Below are positions 11,219-21,234 of a DNA stretch of 64,000 nucleotides, one piece after another. The stretch lies in contig CAWIAD010000002.1 in assembly GCA_963833985.1 (NCBI GenBank), positions 3,328,001 to 3,392,000 on the forward strand, read 5' to 3'. Every line of letters starts with the position of its first letter. Position 1 is the stretch's first letter. Under the pieces are notes generated by a model that was not told where the DNA came from, did not search any database, and was given only the letters and a program-made list of their open reading frames with translations. This stretch comes from an uncultured Planctomycetaceae bacterium. Lineage in GTDB: Bacteria; Planctomycetota; Planctomycetia; Isosphaerales; Isosphaeraceae. Position numbers and translations under genes: made by a program.

Positions 11219-14200
11219 ATGGTCCGCCCCGATTCGAAAGTCTCAGGCGACGACGGCAACCACGCACTTCGCCTGCTCCGCCTGGTCGAGTCGTTCGAGG
11301 ACGGGTGGGTCGCCGGGTCCCCCATTTCCCTGGAGGACTGGCTCGCCACGGTCGCGAGCAGCGCCGACGACAGGGATGAGTTGCTCCGCCACGGCCTGGC
11401 TGTCGAGGTCGCTCACCGCCGGCGCCGGGGCGAGTCTCCGTCGGCCTGCGATTACCTGCACCGCTTCCCGGATCGCCGCTCACTCATCCATGAGGCTCTC
11501 GCCGAGACGCGGCTGCGGCCCGGCTTTGACTCGTGCTGCGAAAGCTGGCCGCACCCCGCCGGCACAGTGATGCAGGCTCTCGACCGATCGGCCGGGCCCA
11601 TGCCCCGCGTCGTGCTGGACGACGCGCCGGGCGACGCCGAAGCCATGGTCCTGCGTCCGTCGCCGCCCGAGCTGCGCGCGACGGCCAGTCCGCCGCGGCT
11701 GCAATTGCTGGGCGAGATCGCCCGCGGCGCCATGGGGGCCGTGCTCAAGGGGTGCGATCCCGACCTCGGCCGCGACCTGGCGGTCAAGGTCTTGCTCGAG
11801 GAGCATCTCCATCGGCCCGACCTGATACGGCGCTTCGTGGAAGAGGCGCAGATCGGCGGCCAGCTCCAGCATCCTGGCATCGTCCCGGTGTACGAGCTGG
11901 GGACCTTCGACGACGCACGGCCTTATTTCACGATGAAGCTGGTCAAGGGGCAGACCCTCGCCGGCTTGCTGGCCATGCGGACGGCTTCCTCGTCCGAGCT
12001 TCCCCGGTTTCTGGAGACGTTCCTCCGTGTGGCCCAGACGGTGGCCTACGCGCATGCGCGGGGCGTGGTCCACCGCGACCTCAAGCCGTTGAATATCATG
12101 GTGGGGAGCTTCGGCGAGGTCCAGGTGATGGACTGGGGCCTGGCCAAGGTCTTGCCCCGCGGTGTTACGGACGACGATCGAGAGGCCGGGGAGGGCCTCG
12201 CGACGGAGACGGCCATCGCGACGACACGGAACGGCTCGGAGGTCGACCGCTCGCGCGCGGGGAGTGTTCTGGGCACGCCTTCCTACATGGCTCCCGAGCA
12301 GGCCAACGGGCAGATCGAGTGGGTGGACGAGCGAGCCGACGTGTTCGCACTGGGGTCGATCCTCTGCGAGATTGTCGCGGGCCGTCCGGCGTACACCGGG
12401 CCGTCCTCGGAGGACGTCCTGCGCACTGCGCGGCGGGCTGATCTCGCGGGTGCCCTGGCCCGGCTGGGATCGTGCGTCGCGGACAATGAGCTGGTGCGGC
12501 TCGTGCGGGACTGCCTCGCTCCGACCAGGGGCGATCGCCTGCGCAACGCGCAAGCTGTCGCCCACCGCATGCAAGCCTACCTCGAGGGTGTTCATCGGCG
12601 GATTCGCGAGGCGGAACTGGCCCGGGCGGCCGAGGCGGCCAGGGCCGAGGAGGCACAGGCGACCGCCCTGGCCGCTGAGGGACGGGCGCGGGCCGAGCGG
12701 CGGGCGCGTCGGATGACCGCAGGATTGGCTGCCACGGTCCTGGTCGCAGTTGCGCTCGGCACCGTCGGCGGAAGGTGGGTGGAGCTGGACCGGATGCGGC
12801 GGCGGGAGTTGATCTCGGCCCGGGTCAATGCGGCATTGCAGGAGGCGACGCGGTTGCGGGGTCAGGCCCAGAGGACGGCCGCCGGTGACCTGACGCCCTG
12901 GGTCCAGGCGCTCGCGGCCGCCGACAAGGCCGGCGGACTGCTGGAGCCGGGCAGCTCCCCGGCGCTCGGGGCGCAGGTCGAGTCCCTGCTGGCCGACATC
13001 ACCGCCGAGAAGCAGGCGGCCGATGCAGCCATCCGCAGCGAGAGGGCCGATCAAGCGTTCATGCAGAGGCTGGTCGAAGTACGATCGAGCGACGCCAGGG
13101 AAGACGACGGTTTGCAGGCCGACGCAGATTTTGCCCGCGCCTTCCGCGAGGCCGGGTTGGACGTCGACGTTCTCTCACCGGCCAAGGCGGGTGCCCGGAT
13201 CCGTGCCCGGCGCGCGGCCGTGGCCGAGGCGATCGTCGCGGCGCTGGACGCCTGGGCGCTCTTGCGACGGTCGTACCGCCGCGACCTGCCCGGCGCGCGC
13301 AGGCTCTCGGAAATCGCGAGTGCCGCCGATCCCGACTCCTGGCGGGTCGGGCTCCGCCGCGCACTCAACCTGGTCGACCGGCCATCACGCAGCCGGGAGC
13401 TCGAGGCCCTCGCCGCGGGCGCGAAGCTCGACACCATACCCGCGATCAATCTGCACCTGCTGGGCACGTCCCTGGCCGATGTCGGTGAGTCGCAGGCGGC
13501 AGAGCATGTTTTGCGGGCAGGGCAGGGGAGGTTCCCCGATGACCTCTGGCTCAACCTCGACCTGGCCTTCTTCCTGTATGCGCACGCGCACTACGAGGAG
13601 GCAATCCGCTATTTTTCGGTCTGCCGTGCCCTGCGCCCGGAGACGGCACTGCCACTGGCAACGTTGCTGGCGAAGCAGGGAGAATTGAATGAGGCCATCT
13701 CGGTCTTCAGCGACCTCCTACGACGGCGCCCTGGCGGCGGGCTTGCCTGGGCCACCTATGGTGGGCTGCTCAAGGAGCGGGGTGATCGCGCAGGGTCGGC
13801 CTCGGCCCTGGAGAAGAGCGTCGCGATCTCGCGCGAGCGCATCCGACTCCGACCCAATGACCCCAGTGCATACGCCGACCTCGGATGCGCGCTCGACTAC
13901 CAGGGGAAGTTGGCGGAGGCGATCGATGCGCATCGGACCGCCGTCCGTCTCCGGCCCGACCTCGCCGTCTATTACATCAACCTCGGTTCGTGCCTGAATG
14001 AATTGCGTAAAGGATCCGATGAGGCGGTTGCTGCGTTTCGCACCGCCGTCCGCCTCCAGCCTGAGAGCGCCGTGGGTCATTTCCACCTCGGCGTCACCCT
14101 GCGGCTCCAGGGAAAGCTGGCGGAGTCGATCGCCGAGTTACGCACCGCAGTCCGCCTCCGGCCCAACGACGCCGTTGCCCACTTCAACCTCGGCCTCGCG

Positions 14201-15049
14201 CTGCAACTCCAGGGGGAGTTGTCGGAGGCGGCCGACATGTATCGGACCGTCATCCGCCTCCGGCCCGATCACGCCCCTGCTCACCTCAACCTCGGGCTCG
14301 TGTTGCAGCACCAGGGGCAACTGACCGATGCCGAGGCTGCATTCCGAGCGGCGATCCGTCTCGAGCCCGGCCTCGCCGAGGCTCATTGCGCCCTGGGCAA
14401 GATGTTCAGTGCGCAGGCCAGATTTGACGAGGCTCTCGCTGAGTTCCGCATGGGTCACCGGCTCGGCTCGAGCCGGCCCGACGGGATTTCCCCCTCGTGG
14501 CAGTGGGTCCGCGATGCCGAGCGCGCGGTGGCCCTGTCGCACCGGCTGCCAGCCGTGCTGAAGGGAGATGACCTCCCCGCAAAGCCTGCCGAATACCTGG
14601 AGTTCGCTCGGCTCTGCGCCCGGATGCACCACCACGTCGCGGCAGCCCGACTCTACGCCGATGCCCTGCGGGCCGAGCCCAGGCTGGCAGACGACCGCCG
14701 CGCCGGTCACGCCTACTTCGCGGCCCGCAACGCCGCACTGGCCGGTTGCGGCCTGAGCGGGGATGTCCCACCTCCGGATGAAGCCGCCCGGGCCAGGCTT
14801 CGCGGCCAGGCACTCGACTGGCTCCGCGGCGAGCTTCGGACCTGGTCCAGGGCCCTTGATGCGTGCAAGCCCGAGGAAAGCGGCGCGATACACCACGCCC
14901 TCGAGCAATGGAAGACCGATCCCGCCCTGGCGGGCCTGCGCGAACCGACGCGGCTGGCAAAGCTCCCGGAGGGAGAGCGCCCGGCCTGGCTTGCCCTGTG
15001 GAGGGACCTCGAGGCTCTGCTTACGAAAGGTCCGGGCGACCGCCCCTAG
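11219..15049 (+). CDS. Ser/Thr protein kinase with TM helix and TPR repeats
   Basis: ARGAMGAV, AVK, HRDLKPLN, DWGLAK and GTPSYMAPE motifs; hydrophobic helix; multiple AHFNLG..L..QG TPR repeats. Start codon uncertain (11132 or 11219). Confidence 0.92.
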   Translation: MVRPDSKVSGDDGNHALRLLRLVESFEDGWVAGSPISLEDWLATVASSADDRDELLRHGLAVEVAHRRRRGESPSACDYLHRFPDRRSLIHEALAETRLRPGFDSCCESWPHPAGTVMQALDRSAGPMPRVVLDDAPGDAEAMVLRPSPPELRATASPPRLQLLGEIARGAMGAVLKGCDPDLGRDLAVKVLLEEHLHRPDLIRRFVEEAQIGGQLQHPGIVPVYELGTFDDARPYFTMKLVKGQTLAGLLAMRTASSSELPRFLETFLRVAQTVAYAHARGVVHRDLKPLNIMVGSFGEVQVMDWGLAKVLPRGVTDDDREAGEGLATETAIATTRNGSEVDRSRAGSVLGTPSYMAPEQANGQIEWVDERADVFALGSILCEIVAGRPAYTGPSSEDVLRTARRADLAGALARLGSCVADNELVRLVRDCLAPTRGDRLRNAQAVAHRMQAYLEGVHRRIREAELARAAEAARAEEAQATALAAEGRARAERRARRMTAGLAATVLVAVALGTVGGRWVELDRMRRRELISARVNAALQEATRLRGQAQRTAAGDLTPWVQALAAADKAGGLLEPGSSPALGAQVESLLADITAEKQAADAAIRSERADQAFMQRLVEVRSSDAREDDGLQADADFARAFREAGLDVDVLSPAKAGARIRARRAAVAEAIVAALDAWALLRRSYRRDLPGARRLSEIASAADPDSWRVGLRRALNLVDRPSRSRELEALAAGAKLDTIPAINLHLLGTSLADVGESQAAEHVLRAGQGRFPDDLWLNLDLAFFLYAHAHYEEAIRYFSVCRALRPETALPLATLLAKQGELNEAISVFSDLLRRRPGGGLAWATYGGLLKERGDRAGSASALEKSVAISRERIRLRPNDPSAYADLGCALDYQGKLAEAIDAHRTAVRLRPDLAVYYINLGSCLNELRKGSDEAVAAFRTAVRLQPESAVGHFHLGVTLRLQGKLAESIAELRTAVRLRPNDAVAHFNLGLALQLQGELSEAADMYRTVIRLRPDHAPAHLNLGLVLQHQGQLTDAEAAFRAAIRLEPGLAEAHCALGKMFSAQARFDEALAEFRMGHRLGSSRPDGISPSWQWVRDAERAVALSHRLPAVLKGDDLPAKPAEYLEFARLCARMHHHVAAARLYADALRAEPRLADDRRAGHAYFAARNAALAGCGLSGDVPPPDEAARARLRGQALDWLRGELRTWSRALDACKPEESGAIHHALEQWKTDPALAGLREPTRLAKLPEGERPAWLALWRDLEALLTKGPGDRP

Positions 15050-15159
15050 TACGACTCCCCGCTGCGTTCAAGAAGTAGCAGCGTGCGTCGCATGATGGCG
15101 GTGGCCGACGCAACCGGGATGCTGCCGACAGCCTGGAGCCGATGCTGAGGATAAAGGGC

Positions 15160-16302
15160 ATGAACTCCGCAACGACCGCGACCGCCGAAATCAGCCAGGG
15201 CACCTTGGCCCCCGCGGGGACCGACGCCCCGCTCCGCGCCGTGCATACGCTCAATTTCCCGGCGTTGCTGCGCCGGCTGGGCGCCTCGCTCCTGGTCACG
15301 ACCTACCAGGCAGGTAAGCTGGTAATGGTCCGCGACGAGGGCGACCACCTCAACGCCCACTTCCGCACGTTCCCCGCCCCGATGGGGTTGGCCCTGCATG
15401 TTGACCGCCTGTGCATCGGCACCTCGATGCAGATCTGGGAATACCGCGACGTCCCGGCCGTCACGTCCAAACTCGCGCCTCCCGGTCGTCACGACGCCTG
15501 TTTCCTGCCCTGCCGTTGCCACGTCACGGGCAACGTCTCGGTCCACGAGATGGCCTTCGGCGGCGACGAGTTGTGGTTCGTCAACACCCGGTTTTCCTCC
15601 CTTTGCACCCTCGACCCCTCGTCGAGCTTCGTGCCTCGCTGGCGGCCGTCGTTTGTCACGGCCCTGGAGCCGACTGACCGTTGCCACCTCAACGGCCTGG
15701 CGATGGAGGGCGGCCGGCCCCGCTACGTCACGGCGCTGGGCGCCACCGACTCCGCCGCCGGCTGGCGGGCGAACAAGGCAAGGGGCGGCGTGCTGCTGGA
15801 GGTCCCCGGTGGCGAGGTGGTCGTCTCCGGCATGTCGATGCCTCACTCGCCGCGCCTGCACCACGGGCGGCTCTGGGTCTGCGAATCGGGGGCCGGCACG
15901 CTCGGTATCGTCGAACTGAACACCGGGAGATACGAGCCGGTGGTGGCCGTGCCGGGCTTCACCCGCGGCCTGGACTTCGCCGGTGGGATTGCGTTCGTGG
16001 GGATGTCGCAGGTGCGCGAGTCGGCCGTCTTCAGCGGAATCCCAATCACCGAGCGGCTGCCCCAATCGGAGCGGACCTGCGGCGTCTGCGCCGTGGAGCT
16101 GACCAGCGGCAAGGCGGTGGCCTTGCTGCGGTTCGAGTCGGCCGTGCAGGAGGTCTTCGCGGTGCAGGTCCTCCCCGGCCGCCGCTACCCGGACCTGATC
16201 AACGACGACGAGACGCTCTTGCAAAACTCCTTCGTCGTTCCCGACGAGGTTCTTACCGACGTGCCGGCCGCCATGAAGGCGCCCCGACTCCTGCCCCAGT
16301 GA
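15160..16302 (+). CDS. TIGR03032/DUF4915-family protein
   Basis: Characteristic motifs SLLVTTYQAGKL, HEMAF, FVNTRFSSLCT, DRCHLNGLA, MPHSPR and PGFTRGL. Confidence 0.8.
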   Translation: MNSATTATAEISQGTLAPAGTDAPLRAVHTLNFPALLRRLGASLLVTTYQAGKLVMVRDEGDHLNAHFRTFPAPMGLALHVDRLCIGTSMQIWEYRDVPAVTSKLAPPGRHDACFLPCRCHVTGNVSVHEMAFGGDELWFVNTRFSSLCTLDPSSSFVPRWRPSFVTALEPTDRCHLNGLAMEGGRPRYVTALGATDSAAGWRANKARGGVLLEVPGGEVVVSGMSMPHSPRLHHGRLWVCESGAGTLGIVELNTGRYEPVVAVPGFTRGLDFAGGIAFVGMSQVRESAVFSGIPITERLPQSERTCGVCAVELTSGKAVALLRFESAVQEVFAVQVLPGRRYPDLINDDETLLQNSFVVPDEVLTDVPAAMKAPRLLPQ

Positions 16303-16423
16303 GGCTCTTCCCGCTCCTCACCCACGCGCCGGAAAGGCCAAGGGCGAAGAACATAATGACGGATGTACCAACAGAACACGCACGCCACCGTGAACTGTGA
16401 GCGGCCCCATTCGTGCTCCGCCT

Positions 16424-16500
16424 GTCGGGCTCACGCCCGAGGTTGGGGGCTGCGCCCGTGAAAACCACGTGCTGACGCACGTGGCCATGTGCCGCAGAGT
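16424..16500 (+). repeat. Second copy of the head + 37-bp repeat element (1 unit)
   Basis: GTCGGGCTCACGCCCGAGGTTGGGGGCTGCGCCCGTGAAAACCACGTGCTGACGCACGTGGCCATGTGCCGCAGAGT, near-identical to the element at 5977. Confidence 0.9.
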
Positions 16501-16661
16501 GGCATCGTCCCAGAATGGCCTTGGCGCACCGACCGTAGCAACCCACCGGCTGGCAGGGCCTTGCGTGCGCCGAACCGCACACGCCGTACGACGTCCTGGG
16601 ACGATGCCCGCAGAGTCCATCACGCCCGCGCACGGTGGCGTGCGTCGCGGGCTCCAGGTGT

Positions 16662-16693
16662 GTCGGGTGTGTCCAGCGCAGCGACGACGCACC
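16662..16693 (+). repeat. Degenerate GTAG-type REP-like palindrome
   Basis: GTCGGGTGTGTCCAGCGCAGCGACGACGCACC shares its stem and CAGCGCAGCG core with the minus-strand REPs at 18375 and 18681. Confidence 0.5.
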
Positions 16694-16719
16694 GTTTTGC
16701 GTTCCTGGCTTCCTCACTG

Positions 16720-16826
16720 GTCGGGCTCACGCCCGAGGTTGGGGGCTGCGCCCGTGAAAACCACGTGCTCACGCACGTGGCCATGCGCCGCATAGTCCAT
16801 GGCGCTGGCGCACCTGGCCATGTGCC
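16720..16826 (+). repeat. Third copy of the head + 37-bp repeat element (about 2 units)
   Basis: Same 45-bp head, followed by GTGCTCACGCACGTGGCCATGCGCCGCATAGTCCATG and GCGCTGGCGCACCTGGCCATGTGCC. Confidence 0.9.
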
Positions 16827-16858
16827 CGGGCTCCAGGCGGAGAAGTCATAGTGCACGA

Positions 16859-16984
16859 CCCGGCCCGCAAGGATCTCGTGCCCTGCGACGACGCGGATAC
16901 GGATGCCCCGGCACGCAAGGATTGCGTGCCCTGCGGCGATGCGGATGCGGACGCAGACGCCCCGGCACGCAAGCATCGCCTGCC
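16859..16984 (+). repeat. Three copies of a hairpin repeat CCCGGCACGCAAGGATTGCGTGCC
   Basis: Copies start at 16859, 16907 and 16961. The middle copy is a perfect GGCACGCA-AGGAT-TGCGTGCC inverted repeat. Confidence 0.7.
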
Positions 16985-17204
16985 GTACGAATACACCTGC
17001 CCGACGGCTGGGGGGGAAAATCAAAAATTCCCCCGGATTCCTCCGATTTTTGGCAGTTTCGGTCGGATCCTCATAGATAGACGGCAGATCCCGGCGCATC
17101 GGCCGCGGCTCGCCGAGGGAGGTCGCTCCTCAGGTGAACCGCCGGCCAGGGCCGCTCTGCACACCGCATACACGACCTGCACCAAAAACAAAAAGAGCAA
17201 CATC

Positions 17205-18948
17205 GTGGCCAGTACAGCCCAGATCGCGGCCAATCGCCGCAACGCCGCAAAAAGCACAGGGCCGAAGAGCGACCAGGGCAAGGCCCGCGCCCGGCTCAAC
17301 GCGCTGAGGCATGGCGCCAACGCCCGCATCGCCATCCCCGTCCTGCCACAGGAAGATCCGAAGGAGCTCGCCGAACGGATCTTGCAGTGGACGTTCGAAC
17401 TCGTGCCGCGCAACGACGTCGAACGCACCCTGGTCGGCCATGCCGCACGCCTCGACTGGCAGATCGACCGCGCCGAGCGGGCCGAGACGGCTTACCTCGC
17501 GGCTCGCGTCCACCGCCAGCGCGACCGCGACGAGGCCACGCGGCTGAAGCAGGCCCACATCCTGGGCCGCAAGCTGCTGGACACCCTCGACCCGCGTGAG
17601 CGGTTCGGCAAGGCCGAGTACTACGACGACATGCCCACCGTCTTCCTCACCCGGCTCGAGCAGCTCCCCGAGGGCTGCCGCTGGCTGCTGGCGCGGTGGT
17701 CCGAGTTCCGCAACCTCATCGACGTGCGGGCCGCATGGAGCGAGACCGACCACTACCGGTTCCTGCGGCTCATGGGCAAGAGCTTCCTGGAAGGCATGAT
17801 CGACCCGGCCGCCAACCGCGTATTCCAGGCCGTCGACGCGATCGAACCGGGTCAGGGCCGCGAGCTCTGGGAGCTGTTCCGGAACATGAAAGCCAGTTCC
17901 GGCCCCTATTTCAGCGGCGCGATGCCGTGGCGGCGCTCTCGCGCCCGCCGGCGAACGCGAAAGAGGGCTGGGAGGTCCTCAGCTCGATCGTGGACGAGGC
18001 GATCCACCGGCTGGAAGCGCGGCTCGGCGAGCACGAGGACCTGGAGCAGATCGAAGCCGACGCCGAGCCCGACCGCGCGGTCTTCGCCGCCAGCAAGGCC
18101 GTCGCGGTCCTGCGCAGGCACCAGGGCGCGCTGACCCGCGAGCTGCTGCGCACGCTGACCACGCTGTCGAAGCTGCAAAAAGCCGAGCTCGGCGCCGACA
18201 ACAATAATGAAGCCGACCGCCTCCCCATGCCGGTTGTCCATGAGCCGCAGGTCGACCCGCGCCGGAGCCGGACGCACGTCAACCACACGATGAATCGCGC
18301 GATGGCCGGAATGAAGGGGATGGTGCCGGGATGGCGTCGAGCGGGGGCATCCCGCACGTAAAGGTCTGCAAGACGGTGGGTTGCGCTGCGCTGACCCACC
18401 CTACGGGTGGTGCTTCGCGCGTTTCTCAGAGTATCTTGAACGAAGCCAATGTTTTGGCGATGCAAGTTGAGAGTGGCAAGGAGGATACAGCCGTTGCGGA
18501 GCGCATCCTGCAGCCAGAACGGAGCCAAATCCGTGAGGGCCGGCGGAAGTCGCGGATCGGCCCCGCGCCCGAGCCGGACGCACGTCAACCACACGATGAA
18601 TCGCGCGACGGCCGGAACGAAGGGGATGATTCCGGGATGTCGCCGGGCGGGGGCATCCCGCACGCAAGCGTCTGCAAGCCGGTGGGTTGCGCTGCGCTGA
18701 CCCACCCTACGGGGGGTTCTTCAAGAGTTATTGCGAGTAGCCTGAACGAAGCCAATGATCTGGCGATGCAAGTGGAGAGTGGTAAGGAGGATACAGCCGT
18801 TGCAGAGCGAAACTGCCGGCCAGAACGAACCCAATCGGGCACGCGCCTCGGGCAGGATGCGAATGGAGGGGGCGGAATTGGCGACACGCAAAAAGGGAAT
18901 GGAAAGGAAGATGAGAAGGGCGGCAGAAAACAGAAGATAAAGGGATGA
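17205..18948 (+). CDS. Conserved hypothetical protein with N-terminal AQIAANRRNAxKSTGP...NALRHG motif; frameshifted, duplicated low-complexity tail
   Basis: GTG at 17205 after an A-rich leader. The helical protein continues across frames 16851, 17696 and 18331, with breaks near 17940 and 18255. Confidence 0.6.
18256..18835 (+). repeat. Imperfect direct duplication (period 306 bp); each copy contains an identical 30-bp GTAG-type REP palindrome
   Basis: GAGCCGGACGCACGTCAACCACACGATGAATCGCGCG at 18265 and 18571; GGTGGGTTGCGCTGCGCTGACCCACCCTAC at 18375-18404 and 18681-18710. Confidence 0.9.
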
Positions 18949-19273
18949 GTAGAGGAATGGCTTCACAAGCATCGAGACGGAGGAGCAACGCAGAGGTAGG
19001 AGGAAGCAATAAATTTGACTCGAATGCGGGATCTGCACCGAAGTGGCGCTGAACTTGCGAGAGGCCGGTGCGGAAGGCTCGCTCTTGAGCCAAGCCCTGT
19101 CAGGAGCCCGGGCCGAGGTCACGAAACGGGCATGTGAAGCAAGTTCGTGGTAGAATTCGTGTTTTCGGGGCTTTTCGCTGTCGCGACGGGATGGGTGGGG
19201 CTAGGATACTCGGTGATCTTGCATCTGTCTGTCCGTCAATTCCGGAACCCGCCAAAGTAGAGATCAGAACTTC

Positions 19274-20836
19274 ATGGCCGATATCGTCATCATCAATCCG
19301 CGCTTCGAGGCATCCTACTGGGGCATGGACCACGCCCTGCCGCTATTTGGCAAGTCCGCGAACTTGCCCGTCGCCTGTCTGCCCTTGCTGGCAGCGCTCA
19401 CACCGCCCGAGCACACCGTCACGCTCATCGACGAGAGTGCCGAGCCGATCGACTGGGAGCGTTGCGCTCGGGCCGACATCGTGGGTCTCACCGGCTTGAG
19501 CGTGCAGCGCTTCCGGATGACGGAGATCATCACGGAGCTGAAGAGGCGCGGCTGCTTCGTGGTGGTGGGAGGACCGTGGGTGACGGTGGAGGAGGGATAT
19601 TTCGAGGGGCTGGCCGACGTGGTGTTCATCGGCGAGGCGGAAGAGACCTGGCCGCAGTTTCTCCGCGAGTGGGCCCAAGGGCTGCACCAGATGCGCTACG
19701 AGCAGCTCGAAAAGTCCGACATGACGAAGCTTCCCACGCCGCGGTTCGACCTGCTGAAGATGAACCGGTACGCCTTCGGCAGCCTGCAATTCTCGCGCGG
19801 GTGCCCATTCCAGTGCGAGTTCTGCGACATCATCGTCACGTTCGGGCGGCGGCCCCGGATCAAGACGGCCACGCAGGTCGTGGCCGAGCTGGAGGCCATC
19901 CGCAAGACCGGCCTGCGGATCGTCTTCATCGTGGACGACAACTTCATTGGCAACAAGAAAGCCATCAAGGAGTTGCTCCGCGAAATGATTCTCTGGCAGC
20001 GCCGTAATGGCTACCCGCTGACGCTCTTCACCGAGGCTTCGATTGACCTGGCCGACGATCCCGAGCTGCTCGATCTGATGGTGGAGGCCAACTTCATCTC
20101 GACGTTCGTGGGTATCGAGAGCCCCAGTGAGGAGGCCTTGCGGGAGACGAAGAAGTTCCAGAACGTGCGTGCGGGAGGCACGATGCTGGAGAAGGTGAAG
20201 CGGATCCAGGACGCCGGCATCGAGGTCTGGTGCGGCATGATCATGGGCTTCGACAGCGACGATGCGGGGATCTTCGACCGCCAGATCGAGTTCATCAAGA
20301 ACGGGCGGATCTCGTTCTCGATGTCCGGGATGCTCAGCGCCATTCCCAAGACGCCCTTGCACGACAGGCTGGCGGCGGAAGGCCGGCTCGACCTGGCCGA
20401 CCGGCCGGAATTCGGGACCAACGTGATTCCACTCCAGCTCGGCCGCGAGGAGCTGCTGGAGGGCTATCTGCGCGTGCTGCGAGAGCTGTACGAGCCGGAC
20501 GCCTACTTCGGGCGCACCGACGCGCTGTTCATGACGCCCGGGTTCGAAATCGGCATCACCAAGAAGCGGCGCTGGTGGACCATCTCGTCGCGCTGGCTGA
20601 TTTCCGAGGTTCGGAGCGGCATCGAGAGCGTGGGCCTGATCATCCGCCTGATGACGCATGTGCCGGACCCATCGTTGCGGAAGCTCTACCGGCAGCGGCT
20701 CTGGGACTTTTTGAAAGTGCATCGCCGGCCCGGACTGCTGCTTCATTACCTGGTTCACCTGGCAATGCACTACCACGTTTCCAAGCTGACCCACGACATG
20801 ACGACGAGGCAGTCACAACTCGTGAACTCGTTTTGA
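19274..20836 (+). CDS. B12-binding radical SAM protein (HpnP-like/DUF4070 group, putative class B methyltransferase)
   Basis: N-terminal cobalamin-binding region (VVVGGPW, FIGEAE); SRGCPFQCEFC CxxxCxxC motif; VDDNF, GIES, GFDSD and PKTPL. Confidence 0.85.
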   Translation: MADIVIINPRFEASYWGMDHALPLFGKSANLPVACLPLLAALTPPEHTVTLIDESAEPIDWERCARADIVGLTGLSVQRFRMTEIITELKRRGCFVVVGGPWVTVEEGYFEGLADVVFIGEAEETWPQFLREWAQGLHQMRYEQLEKSDMTKLPTPRFDLLKMNRYAFGSLQFSRGCPFQCEFCDIIVTFGRRPRIKTATQVVAELEAIRKTGLRIVFIVDDNFIGNKKAIKELLREMILWQRRNGYPLTLFTEASIDLADDPELLDLMVEANFISTFVGIESPSEEALRETKKFQNVRAGGTMLEKVKRIQDAGIEVWCGMIMGFDSDDAGIFDRQIEFIKNGRISFSMSGMLSAIPKTPLHDRLAAEGRLDLADRPEFGTNVIPLQLGREELLEGYLRVLRELYEPDAYFGRTDALFMTPGFEIGITKKRRWWTISSRWLISEVRSGIESVGLIIRLMTHVPDPSLRKLYRQRLWDFLKVHRRPGLLLHYLVHLAMHYHVSKLTHDMTTRQSQLVNSF

Positions 20837-21234
20837 CATACGAACAATCCCAAGGCGACCTGTCCATTTCCGAGCGGTTGAGTGCTTTCCGGCCAAGCAC
20901 CTTGACGCGATCAGCGGGCATCGGCTAACTTGCCGTACCGCCCCGGTGATGGGTTTGCTCGCGGATCCCAGGTTCCGCAACGGCAGCGGAAAAATCCCCC
21001 GTTCCGGCGATCGACAGGAAGACCACTGTCCTATGATCTCGGTTGGAATGGGCTGGATGAGCTCCGCCCGTGACTCTTCGAGAACCTCCGTCCTTGCTCG
21101 AATTCCTCAGCCAACCCGAGTATCCGACGCCGGATCCTCGTGACTCGCCCTGACTGAAATGATGCTCTCACCCTGTGAAGACACCATGGGACCCTGTCCC
21201 TGCGACATTCTTCGACTCTCAGAAAAGGTTGATC

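Noticed and set aside
16859..16984. Hairpin repeats with 24-30-bp linkers as a mini-CRISPR
   Set aside because: Only three degenerate copies, and the linkers are similar to each other and low-complexity.
19274..20836. Assigning the gene symbol hpnP
   Set aside because: Family-level motifs only; no hopanoid genes nearby and no phylogeny available.
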